From the human T2T-CHM13v2.0 reference genome, Homo sapiens: DNA of 64,000 bases. Positions within the stretch are counted from its first letter, which is position 1; every line of letters begins with the position of its first letter. Below the pieces are notes generated by a model, which was not told the DNA's origin, ran no database searches, and saw nothing but the letters and a program-made list of their open reading frames with translations. The position numbers and the translations under genes were made by a program. The stretch lies in assembly GCF_009914755.1 (NCBI RefSeq), contig NC_060932.1; one strand, given 5' to 3'. Below are positions 1-11,655 of the stretch, piece by piece.

Positions 1-855
1 CTTCCAGTTTCCTTTGTAAAGAAATGATAACTTGGCAGAGTATATAATTCTTGGCTCAAAATTATTTTCCCTTAACACTCTAGATATTGTTCCACTGTCT
101 TCTGGCATTTAGAATTGCAGGAGAAAAATCTGAGGTCAGCCTGACTTTTGCCCCTTTGTAAGTAACCTGCTTTCTCTGACTGGATGCTTGTAAAATGTTT
201 CGTCTTTGAAATTCAAAAACGTCACCCGGATATGTCTAGATGCTGCTTTCTTTTCATTAAACTTTAAAGGTATCCTATGAGCCTTTTCCATTTGTAGATC
301 TAGTTCGTTCTTCAATTCTGGAAAATTTTTTCAAGTAGATCCTTTATTGTTTCAGCTCCACTTGCTCTGTCCTCAGTTTCAGGTATTCCTATTATGCATA
401 GATTGTATCTCCTGGACCGGCCCTCTAGATCTCTCTTTTTCTCCTCTTAATTTCTTTTCCCCTTTTCTCTGTATTCTGTGACAATTTGTCGTTTTGCACT
501 TACTTCAGTAATTCGATTTTGTGGCCAATCCAGCGTGCGCCCTTCTGTTAACTCTCTCAACTTCCTGGTATTTTCCAAGCGCTCTAATAGTACCCTCTTT
601 ATCATCGCGCATAGGTGTTTAAGCTCCTGTATTATATGATTCTCAATCCTTCTTATATCTTGTTTCCATCTCTATATCCGTTTCAAGAGGAGGCATTTTC
701 TCGATTATTTAGCGCTGCTCCTTTTTTCTCAGGGGCGGTATTACGACCTTGGAGACAATAAACATAATTTAATTCCACACAGCCCCAAACAGCCCAAAGA
801 TTCCCATTGATAATTATCGACGGCTTTATTAAAATGCGTTATTTTTCTTTCTTAC

Positions 856-1115
856 CTTTTCAGTTGCTTTTCTTAGAAACAGGGACCAAAATCAAAGATT
901 AAAGAGGTCCTCTGAAGCAGGGAATGAAATAGACGTTGAAAACTATTCCCGTTACGCCATCTCTGCGCGCCTCACGTCAGGGCCAAGAGCCTAGCGCGTA
1001 GCTTTATGGCTGACTCGGCTCTGGCGCTCTAGCCAATTCCGAGGCTGCAAACTCCGCTTCTCCGCTCGCAGTCTGGTTCCTCCCCTGCCGCCCCGCCCAT
1101 CACGGCAGGGTCACG
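856..1115 (-). ncRNA. OTUD6B-AS1: Probable first exon of a divergent antisense lncRNA (OTUD6B-AS1); 5' end approximate
   Basis: Consensus minus-strand donor AG|GTAAG (reads cttacct at 851-857 on +) at the edge of the CpG island, and a YY1-like motif oriented for minus-strand transcription. An antisense lncRNA at this locus is recalled knowledge; the start coordinate cannot be read from sequence. Confidence 0.5.
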
Positions 1116-1700
1116 GTAGCGCGCACGCGCAGCACCCCATTTAAGTTTCTCGTCTTTGCAGTGGCTTTGCTTAGATCCGGTGCCGCCTTGAAGGCGGGGC
1201 TGGGTCCCAGCCGTAGCCAATGGAGCCCCGGGTGAGGGTTGAGGGGTGGAAGGTGCCTACTAGCCGGTGCAGGTTTCTTCTAGCGCGTGTGCTGGGGTAC
1301 CTGGTCGTCATGGAGGCGGTATTGACCGAAGAGCTTGATGAGGAAGAGCAGCTGCTGAGAAGGCATCGCAAAGAGAAGAAGGAGTTGCAAGGTGAGGCGG
1401 AAGGAAGTGGGAATCTGGAAGCCGCCGCGACTGGGGGAAGGGCGCGTGGCGGGTCGATTCTGGGGAATCTCAAGGCGTGACTTATCTGGATCACCCTAGA
1501 CTTCCCCTAGTAGCAAGTGGCCTCTTCTCTCTTCACCTACCCCGGCGGCCCTTTAATTCCCCAACCTTCAGAGGCTTCCCCTTCTGAGGCCTGCGGCGTG
1601 CCCCCTACCCCGCGCCGCCGCCGGGGTGCAGGTGTCTGAAAATACCTAGAAGCCGCCGTCTTGGTCCGCTCCCAAACCCACGATGCCTCCCTTTTCTATA
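930..1700. promoter_or_regulatory. CpG island / bidirectional promoter of OTUD6B
   Basis: Sharp rise in GC and CpG against an AT-rich background. Contains CRE-like TCACGTCA (972-979), CCAAT boxes (1033-1037, 1217-1221), NRF1-like GCGCACGCGCA (1121-1131), GC box AGGCGGGGC (1192-1200) and YY1-like CGCCATCT (955-962). No TATA box seen. Confidence 0.9.
1310..1391 (+). CDS. OTUD6B: OTUD6B coding exon 1 (MEAVLTEELDEEEQLLRRHRKEKKELQ)
   Basis: Strong Kozak context gtcATGG and donor G|GTGAGG; 82 nt, phase 1. Confidence 0.96.
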
Positions 1701-2062
1701 CCTGCCCCAGTTACCGATACTTGTCCCTAATGGGTGTATTTTGAATGGACCCGCCTCAGTTTAGGAGGTTCAGAAAGGATACCGGAAAGATTTAAAACTG
1801 GCTACAGTCAGGTTTTTTTCCTTCTCTTATCTCGCCAAACAACCGAAACATATTCAAGATTTTGTTAATGAAGTTTTTTTTTTTTTTGGTCTCAGCTTTA
1901 TCTGGGATCTTCTCTCTCTGTAGCTGCCTGTTACGTGATGACTCTTTCTTCCATAATTACTTTTTCTGTACCCTTCGCCCGTTACCATCCCCTTATTGGT
2001 TCCTGTTTCTCATCTCCTTTTACTCCTGCGTGTCTGACTTAATGATTTTAATGGCTTTTCAG

Positions 2063-2214
2063 CCAAAATTCAGGGCATGAAGAATGCTGTTCCCAAGAAT
2101 GACAAGAAGAGGAGGAAGCAACTCACCGAAGATGTGGCCAAGTTGGAAAAAGAAATGGAACAGAAACATAGAGAGGAACTGGAGCAATTGAAGCTGACTA
2201 CTAAGGAGAATAAG
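2063..2214 (+). CDS. OTUD6B: OTUD6B exon 2 ([51 protein letters not shown]), charged/coiled-coil region
   Basis: Acceptor cttttcag| and donor AAG|GTATGT; 152 nt; frame continuous with exon 1 (cumulative 234 nt, phase 0). Confidence 0.97.
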
Positions 2215-2289
2215 GTATGTGAAATAAATGTTTGTCGTTGCCTACACCATTTGAAAACAGCTGTCCACTTCTGTTAAATGTTAAACTGC

Positions 2290-2572
<283 letters not shown>

Positions 2573-2789
2573 CTGTTAAACTGTTTATTATCTAAAATCA
2601 TAAAATTGGTAGGGAAATGAAATCACTTAGTTATGCTCATGCATCACTTCTCATTAATGTTTTTGTGACCAAGTTTACAGGGCAGTGTGTTTCTATAAGG
2701 GAGATCGGCAAAGAAAGTGCTATACTTCTTTACCTATTTACTTGCCCAAAAGATGAAGCTTCACCAAATCAAAGTTGGAAGACCAGGCA

Positions 2790-3300
2790 TCTGATCCCAG
2801 AATTGCGACTGAATGGGATTGTAACCTGAGCAAGGTTACTTAATCTTTCTGAGCTCAAATTTTCCCACATATATAATACGATACAAATATTTCTACACTC
2901 TAAGCACAGGTTTTTGTAAGAATCAAGAAAGTGAACGTGAAGTCATTTTTGTTATAAAAGTGCTTTATTAACAAGTTGTAATGAATGAAATTTTACTGAT
3001 GTTTCTTGGGTAAGTTGGAGCATCCTAACTTTCATAATTTTAACTAATATTTATTTTATCGTTGGATCTAATATATATGTGTCAAATACTTTGGTTTATA
3101 TGTATTATCTCATTTAACCTCAGTAACACACTGTGAGGTATTACCTATGAAGTAAGTATACATAATCCCATTTTTCAAGTGGGAAACAGGGTTAGAGAGA
3201 TTAAGAACTTTGTCCAGGAGTCGTAACAGCTGTTGATTGCCAAAGCCAGAATTCCAAATGAGAACTATCTTACTCCAGGAAGTGAATACTGAATTCTGTT
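2790..3300. mobile_element. Two MIR fragments in opposite orientations
   Basis: 'acctgagcaaggttacttaatctttctgagctc' and 'cccatttttcaagtgggaaacagggttagagagattaagaactttgtcc' resemble the MIR core. Confidence 0.6.
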
Positions 3301-4755
3301 ACAGCTTTGTATAGTGTGGTATTTATTGTATGGGTTTTGGATATGAAGGGTCATATAGACCCCACAACCTCACTCCATCTTTGATAGAAAGTTCTTATGT
3401 CTATGTAAAATCTTAATCTGCCATACTTAAATTTTGGTTGATTTTTGGTTTGCTGTTGACAAGTACAGCTTGTCTGTGCTTTTTATAATGGTCCTTACAT
3501 TAAATATAGTCTAAATTTCTTTAACTTTGTTAGTTATCAAGTTCCCAACTTTCCTTGCCTTTAATGTACTTCATCTCCAGGTAACAAGGCATATATGATA
3601 CTCCAGGCGTTAAATTGTGTTGTGACAATTGTGTTCCTAATTGTCTCCCCATCTTTTCTATTAATGAGATAGTTTTGTTTGCTCCCTCAGACCTTTCCAT
3701 TTTGAGGTTTCTTTCCCAGGTTTCCAAGGACAAAAATGTTTGATTCATAAGCTACATGGAGTCCTACTGTTAAAACACAAACTCCCATTTTAGTTTGAAC
3801 TATTTATCTGTTTCATTAATTTAAATTGGTTTTCTTTTCTGAATACTACCAAAAACTAATGCCATTGCTTTTTTGTTTTTCAGATGCATCTCTTTTATCT
3901 TGCCTATTGTCAATATAGATGTTTGTAAATTTTAACAGCTTCCTCTGAAGAATCACAGGACTCCTAATTTCACTATAGTTGATAGCCACTCTTTGAAGTC
4001 TCTATCTGATTTTGATATTTTGATCATTTGGGACACAGCCTTTGCAGACTTCTGTCTCTGTGTATTAAAGGCCTTGAGTTGTTCTATGCATGTGTTATAC
4101 TAAAAACTGGCTTACCTTAGAGTTGCAGTAATAATGGCTACTCATCCTTATAGTTAAAAGTCTAGCATCTTTTTTTTTACTCTAGCAAACACACACTAGC
4201 CATTTAGGATTGATTATAATATCAAATGATATTACAAATTAAATATATTTTCTGCCTGCAGTTATCAGTTTGTAGATGGAAAAGGGTAGGGTAGGAAAAG
4301 CTCAACTTGCTACTAGGGTCAAGGATTAGTACTCATCAGGTTCTGGCTAATTAAGATGGAAAAAGGCCTCTGCTGCCAGTAGAGGTTATGCAGGTAATAA
4401 TGAACTGAGCCAGCACAGGACCTTTATCTTATATGTACTGGCAGTAGTCAGAGAAAAGAAGAGTGGAGTGCTAAATGAGTTGGCGCTTACAGGAAGTACA
4501 GTACTGCATTTAGATTAATGGAGTAGGCATTCTAAGAAGGAAGGAAAGCATGCAGGGATGAGCATGATCTTTGAAAGAAACTTCTTGGGAACTTGTCAAA
4601 TTCTTCCATAAAAATAGAAACAGGAGACAAAACCATATTATCTAATACAGTGTCTATTGCTGTTACTCAAATTTGAAATGTGGGATTAGATATATTTATG
4701 ATTTTCAGTAATTTAATAAGTACATTGACTTGTTAATGCTTTTTGTTTCCTTCAG

Positions 4756-4836
4756 ATAGATTCTGTTGCTGTTAACATTTCAAACTTGGTGCTTGAGAAT
4801 CAGCCACCTCGGATATCAAAAGCACAAAAGAGACGG
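4756..4836 (+). CDS. OTUD6B: OTUD6B exon 3 (IDSVAVNISNLVLENQPPRISKAQKRR)
   Basis: Acceptor tttccttcag| and donor CGG|GTATGA; 81 nt, phase 0-0 (cumulative 315). Confidence 0.96.
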
Positions 4837-5941
4837 GTATGAAAGTCATGTCACCAAGTATATAAGTTAGTGCTGTGTGTTCAATACTATCTTAGGTACT
4901 ATCTTAGGTCTTGTTATAGGAAGAGAATGAAAAAAAAATGATGCAGTTCCTTGTCTAGGCACTTGAACTAACATTTATTAAGCACCTGCTGTGTGTCACA
5001 TACTATGCTAAGCTGCTTATATGACATCTCATTTAGTCCTGACAATAATCCTGTGAAGTAGGATTTCTTATCCCCATTTTATGGAGAAGAAAATGATCCT
5101 AAGATAATATAAAATAACGTATTCAGGTTGCAGCTCTCATAGGAGAGCGAAGCTGGGAGTGGGAGTGCAAAGTAGTTTTTTTTACAAATATATTATCCCA
5201 GACTTAAAAATTCAGAATGTGGGCCCAGGGGATTCTGATGCACAACCCTAGCCAAGAACTATACCATTGGGTGAGAAATAAGGATTTGAACCTAGAAGTT
5301 AACATGTGTAGGTATACAAAATTCTTAGAGAATTATGTAGGTATCTATATAATGGTTAATTATGAAAATTTAGAGAAGGGAAAGTTCATTATGCTAATAA
5401 TGGGTTGGAATTTGAAAGAAATATTATTTAGATAGGATATTCCAAATAGGAGGAGCAGCATGCACAAAAACAAATGTGGGGGTGATATATTGCATTATTG
5501 AAGAGCTATAAGGAAACTGATTTATTGGAAGTAGCTAGTTCATATCAGCATTATGGAAATGAGATTAGATAGGTAAGTCCCTTTGAATTTGAAAAAGAAA
5601 AATGATTAAATTCAGTCTTTTTAGTTGCGAGTATTATTTTATTAACACTTGATGTTTTCTATGGTTTAAATGCATATTTTTAAATTCATTTTGCATCTTA
5701 TGACATAGTATGTAATTTAGTAGAGCATGGAGTTTAGTGTCAAACAGATGAGGTTTTAATTTCATTTACTGTTATACTTTGGGTACGGTTCTTCTTTAAG
5801 CCTCAGTTTCACATCTATAAAACGGGGGCAAATTATAGCTACTTCATAAGCTAATTCATTGTGAATATTAAATACTGTACTATTTCCAAAGCCTTTAACA
5901 CAAGGCCTGGAGAACTAATGGGTCAACAAATGATAGTATTG

Positions 5942-6062
5942 TTTCTATATTAAGTAGTGTATAGTATGCCTCTTAAAAATGTAACCTAAAAGCAATGTCT
6001 TTTTCTGTGTTAAGTAGTGCATACTATGCCTCTTAAAAAATTAAACCTAAAAGCAATGTCTT
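5942..6062 (+). repeat. Two-copy tandem duplication, unit about 60 bp
   Basis: 'ttaagtagtg(t/c)ata(g/c)tatgcctcttaaaaa...aacctaaaagcaatgtctttt' occurs twice back to back. Confidence 0.9.
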
Positions 6063-7516
6063 TTTTTGTTTGCAAGCTGATGAAATGCACATAGTCCAAC
6101 ATTTCTCATTCTTGTGTAGAATTTTATTTTTGAGTAAATATAATTGTGAATTTTGTAGATTCATAAAATTTAGATCTCATGGAATCTTGGAGATTGTCTG
6201 CTTAGGATATGCATTCTTTTGTGATGATCTCACAATTGTCTAGCTTCTATAGATCAAAAAGGAAGGGCAGAATTTTTGCATGCCAGTAGCATAACAAAAC
6301 ATTGGAATTACGTCTACTTAGTAATTGAAACATCTTATAATAGCCTATTTAATTCTGGAAAACCTAAGGGCACAAGTTCTTCCTATCTTTATCAAAACTT
6401 GTTCCTCCCCAGCTGGACCTCTAACAACAAAACAAACAAAACGAAAACTCCCTTACCTTTCTCAAAAATTTTGTTACTTTTTCCCTAAGATACTGCACAA
6501 CTGGAATTAATACTTTTGTCAGTTATACTCTCAAACCATTTAGTATCTTTTATAGTCAGCTGCTTTAACACTTGGTAGAAAAAATGCCCAAGTAATGTTT
6601 TTACAGGGTTATATTAATGGGATTTTAGAACAGAAAACATTAAACGTTTATAATGCTTAAGAAAATGGAACCTGAAGTCAGGATGCACAATCGGGTGTTA
6701 GATTATTTGGAACCTCCTTTTTGCTAGAAGCACCAAGGAATGCAAAGTCATTTAATTAATGATGTTTATCTTTGGGAAGGATACAACTCTGGAAGAAAAA
6801 CGTGATAAAACTTTGTCAAGATTTATTTTAAGAATATCGTGGAATATTGTAGAGCATATCTCTTATTTTTAGTCTAGAAAAACAGTATTTTATTCAAAGA
6901 ACTTACAAACTTTTTGATATGAGAGAAAGAGTCTAAAATAGAACTTAGAAGAGCTGGGTTTCAAAAATATGGAATTTGAGGGCTGGAATGAGATTGAATT
7001 CAATTTCTGTATTTTCCAATGAGAAAGCAGAGACCCAAGTTATCTCAATTGTACACTAAAAGTTTGATACAAACCCAGGACTGGTGTCCAGCTCTTAATA
7101 TTCCCTTTGAATCTTCTTTGTTATATTACTATATCAACATGACTGTAGTTTTATTGACAATATATTTATGATTTACATGCTATTTTCATCTTTTATACGT
7201 TTTTATTAGAACTTATTAGTGCCATTCTATCTCCACTACTATAGCTGTAGAAACCAAAGTGCCTAGTGCTCTTGGGAAACTATATATTGCTGGAAAAAGA
7301 ATTCAGTGGATTTCTTACCTAGTGCCCTGAAAAGGAAACTCAATTGCTTTGTTCTAATGAAGCAAAGCATGAAGGGAAAAAAATGAAATGATTAGAATTA
7401 GTATTTTAGAGGCTTAAACAGTTTTGCAGATAAGATAAAGTGCCACTCTTTCAGTAAATAGTACATGACATCATTAACTCCAGCTCCCATCTGCTCCAAC
7501 TTTTATTCTGATTCAG

Positions 7517-7656
7517 GTGCCTGGATAGAAGGAGCTCTCTGTGTTGTCCTTGGTCCCTGCTCTGCTCTTACCAGCTGTATGGCCTTTGGAAATCTTTCTG
7601 CGTGCTGTTTCCTCAGAAGAGGAAAATGAGGGGTTTTGGATTAGATGATATCTAAG
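7517..7656 (+). other. OTUD6B: Alternative MIR-derived cassette exon of OTUD6B (stop at 7526-7528; new ATG at 7645 encoding MISK in frame with exon 4)
   Basis: Acceptor ttttattctgattcag| and donor AAG|GTGCTT. MISK plus the 188 downstream residues gives 192 aa, matching my recollection of the short OTUD6B isoform. Confidence 0.75.
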
Positions 7657-9280
7657 GTGCTTATTCTTCCTTTCCCCTCTGAAACTTTTTTAGTCTTTTA
7701 TAAAGTAATAGTGCCATCTTGTGTTTTAAGATATTATGCCTCTGTGATCCACAGTTCTAGGTACACAGTGAAATAAATTTGTTCCTATTACTTATACAAA
7801 CCTTAAATAGGCTATGTTTTATTAGGGAGATATTACTGCTTTTGATTCAGGTAACTTAGAAATCACTTTAGGTTCATCTAGCATGGCACATAACAGGCAA
7901 GTAGTACAGGTACATGACAATAAGTTTAATTGAAACTTGCCTTCCCATTCACTTTTGTTCCAAGGAGAAATCAGAGCTAGTGTTATGGAAGTCTTTACCT
8001 TTTCCTATTCTTGGCTTACCAAATCCTTCACTGTAACTTATTAATGTCAAAATTTATATAACTTAGTTTTTATTCTTAAATTATAAAGCAGTTTCCGCTT
8101 GAGTGTACAAACAAAATATATGATAGAGAATTAGAAAGATGCAGAAAAACATACAGACATACACACACATACACATACACACACCCCAAAATAAAACTTA
8201 TTTTGGAATCCCGTCATCCAGAAAAAAGCACTATAAATACTTTGTGTATATTGTAGTTTCTTTTTAGTCCTATGTTAAGTATAGACCTACTGTATATTAA
8301 TTATATGCCTATGCTTTTTGCCTCCAATTTCATCTCTTGACAGTTTTCTCTGGCACTGTAGCTCTAGGAACTGTTTTTAGCTATGAAACATATAGTGCTT
8401 TCTGGCTTTTGATCATTACTAGTCCATCTGTTAGGAATTTTTTTTCCTTTCTTCTTCCCCAACCTTCCCTATACACCTCCTGTCTATTCTTCATGTCACA
8501 AATCTCTCATTTCCGTCACCCCACTCCATCCTTGCATATGTTTCCATGGGAGGAGCTTATCAGACATTTGCATAAGGAAAGCAAATTGTAGAATGTAACA
8601 TATGATACCATTTTTATTAAGAATTTATACATATTTTCAAGAGTATACCATATTTATTAAAATGAATGGAAAAACAATCTAGAAGGATGCATACCAAACC
8701 TCTAGAGCAAGCACTGGGATGGCAGTGGTGTTATGGGGAGCTTGAGTCTCTCTCTTATATTTTAATTTTTTTTTTACAAAATATTTGTTAATTAAATGTA
8801 TGTGTATACAGACATTTTAAAAAGCTTGATAAAAAGGGTGTCTGCCTGTACCCTTTTAAAGGCTGTGTCATATTAACACGTTACTGGTGGACTGATAAGA
8901 AGCCTGGATTAGCCTGGGCTTTAATATAATAATAATGTGCTTTAAGGCCTAGGATAACTCAGTCTTAAGAGAATACTTTGAAATCAGTAAGTAAGGTTTT
9001 TAGAAACTTGGCATGTAGCCTTTAAGTAGACTTTAAAGAAAAATTAGAGGGCTTTCTTAATGTCCAGTATAGAGCAAGGTGCTGGAAACACACAGATGAG
9101 TAAGAGAGTAAGGAGCTCACCTTGTAGAAAATTCTTGAGATGATCAATGTGATAGTGTTTGTGCGAGAAGGGAGAATAAACACCGGAAAGTTTTGAGACC
9201 TTTACATTTCCCTTCCCTTAATAAATGAGAATTAGTCCAAATTATTATGAATTAACTTTCATGCATTCTGCTTTTCTTAG

Positions 9281-9593
9281 GAAAAGAAAGCTGCATTGGA
9301 AAAGGAGCGAGAAGAACGGATAGCTGAAGCTGAAATTGAAAACTTAACAGGAGCCAGACATATGGAAAGTGAGAAACTTGCTCAAATATTGGCAGCTAGA
9401 CAGTTAGAAATTAAACAGATTCCATCTGATGGCCACTGTATGTATAAAGCCATTGAAGATCAACTGAAAGAAAAGGATTGTGCTCTGACTGTGGTTGCCT
9501 TGAGAAGTCAGACCGCTGAGTATATGCAAAGCCATGTGGAAGACTTTCTGCCATTTTTAACAAACCCTAATACAGGAGATATGTATACTCCAG
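9281..9593 (+). CDS. OTUD6B: OTUD6B exon 4, start of OTU domain with IPSDGHCMY motif (catalytic Cys158 at 9437-9439)
   Basis: Acceptor cttttcttag| and donor CAG|GTAATT; 313 nt (cumulative 628); classic OTU D-G-x-C motif. Confidence 0.98.
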
Positions 9594-11593
9594 GTAATTT
9601 ATTTTTCTTTACTATGTTTTATTGTTGCTTTGTTGTAGTTGTTTTTAAATAAGGTGCTTCCCAGCACTGAGCGTAAGAAGAACCCAGATGATCCTTATGA
9701 GGAAAAAACATCACAAGATTTAGGCAGAATTATTTTCTGTAATTTTAATAGATGTTGGTGTATTTTTCTCTATTAAGATTTCTTAATTACTTAGTTATTT
9801 TGTAATTATAATATGCTAATCATTTTATGTAAGATAGAAGTAGGAATAAGAGTCATTTTTGAAAAAAATGTAAGTTCTTATTTGACAAAGTGAAGTATTG
9901 AGGAAGGTAAGCTTCAGGAAGTATATATAGGGTCTGAAGACCATAAGGAGAGAATGACTAGGAAAACCATTTCCTGCTTTTATCTTATAATTTGGGAACT
10001 TTACTTTTATTTACAATAAGCTATAATTAGGAAGATTAGTGTTCAAGTAAAACAAATGGGTTAATAACCTGCTTTATTCTATACAATACTATCACAGTTA
10101 AGATAAAATATTTATGAGGAAGTAAAAAAGTACACAACTAGCAGATGAGGAAGAGAGCAAGTAAAAATCTGAATAGGTTTTGGGGTAGTAATGAATGGAA
10201 TAGAGGACTATTAGTCCTTGAGAGAATATGGCAGGTTTGGCAGTATCCATTGTTCCCACAAGTCATATGGCCAGAATGGGTTGCAGAGAGAAAGGTTAAA
10301 ATTGACTTTCCTTTAGTGGAGTCTGTCCTCCATGGAGGAAAGGTAGAGAGTGATGCAGAATTGATAAGAATGAGCATTGGCAGTCAAGTGTGTCTCCTTT
10401 AGTGTGCATGGCTTAAGGTATCTGTTGATAGATTTCAAGAATGACTTAAGCATAATCTAATTCTGTAGTGAATTAATTTCCCATAGATGTCATATTGGAA
10501 ATGTTAACTTATCTCTTGCTGTTTTAGGTCATTGCTGTTTTCTACATAAACAGAATTTGCTATGGGACATAAAACACATTTTTCCATATATTTTGATATA
10601 TGCATAGGCAATGTGATAAATGACTCTTCTGTCATTTATCTCCCAAATGATTACTGAATCATTGAAACTCCCCAATTGCGCTAGTTGTAGGGCATAGAGG
10701 AGGTGGCAGTTCAGTATGCTGAGTCAGAGAAAAACACAAAAGACTTAATTAATTATCTCCATTTATTCAACCAATATTAATTGAAGGCCGCTGTGTGCCA
10801 AGCACTACTCTAGGCACTGTTCTGAACGCTGAGGATTTAACAGGGTATGAGACAAACACATGAGACATATTTTTCTTCTAGATGTCCATAATTTCTTTCC
10901 TTCCATCTCTGTAGTAAGGATAATTGTTTTCCATTTTAACATACTGTGTAAAAAGGTGTATGCACAAAATATACCCATTGTAAATTTAGTGATTAGGTCT
11001 TTTATTTCTCAGGGCTGATGTGAAAAGCCTTTTCCTTGGTTAGAACTGATACTTATGCAAGTAATGTAAGTGCTTCCAAAATAACAAGTGGAGGCACTGT
11101 TTGACGCTATCTCTGGGGAAGGAATTTCAATTCATCTGTACTTTTACTCGAATTCTCTTCGTATATTTCCCAGAGTCTTACAGTAAACCTGATTATACAG
11201 GAACTACATTTTTTTTGTCTTTCATGGTATTCCTTTGGATGCAGGTTTGGGCTTCAAAACACATGTCAAGATAGTGAATATGGTGGCAATTTTTGGGGTC
11301 AACGCTTGGGGTAGAGTGAGGTAGGTTTGTTATATAGGGAGGGTATCTGGGCCTCCAACAGAAGAAGAAAAGCAGAAATGGACTGCTTTGTTCTTGGATG
11401 GAAATGTGGTAGAAAGTTGGGGTGAATTAAGTTTGGACCTGGGAGTTAGATTAGATTCTGGAGGATAATGGTAGAGAAGGAGAATGTTCATAACTTGGGC
11501 ATTTTTGTCAGGAATTGTGGGAACTATAAAAGGGATTTTGTAACATGAGTTACAAAAATTATTAAGTGCTGTATTCTGACCTAATCTCTACAG

Positions 11594-11655
11594 AAGAATT
11601 TCAGAAGTACTGTGAAGATATTGTAAACACAGCTGCATGGGGAGGTCAGCTTGAG
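11594..11655 (+). CDS. OTUD6B: OTUD6B exon 5 (EEFQKYCEDIVNTAAWGGQLE)
   Basis: Acceptor ctctacag| and donor GAG|GTAAGT; OTU WGG-x-x-E motif; cumulative 690, phase 0. Confidence 0.97.

Noticed and set aside
1029-1494. Minus-strand ORFs of 63 and 107 aa over the promoter and exon 1
   Set aside because: Shadow ORFs of GC-rich and coding sequence, opened at non-ATG starts, with no recognisable domain.
5435-5578. Possible cryptic exon ending in TAG|GTAAGT in intron 3
   Set aside because: The acceptor lacks a pyrimidine tract; only the donor is strong.
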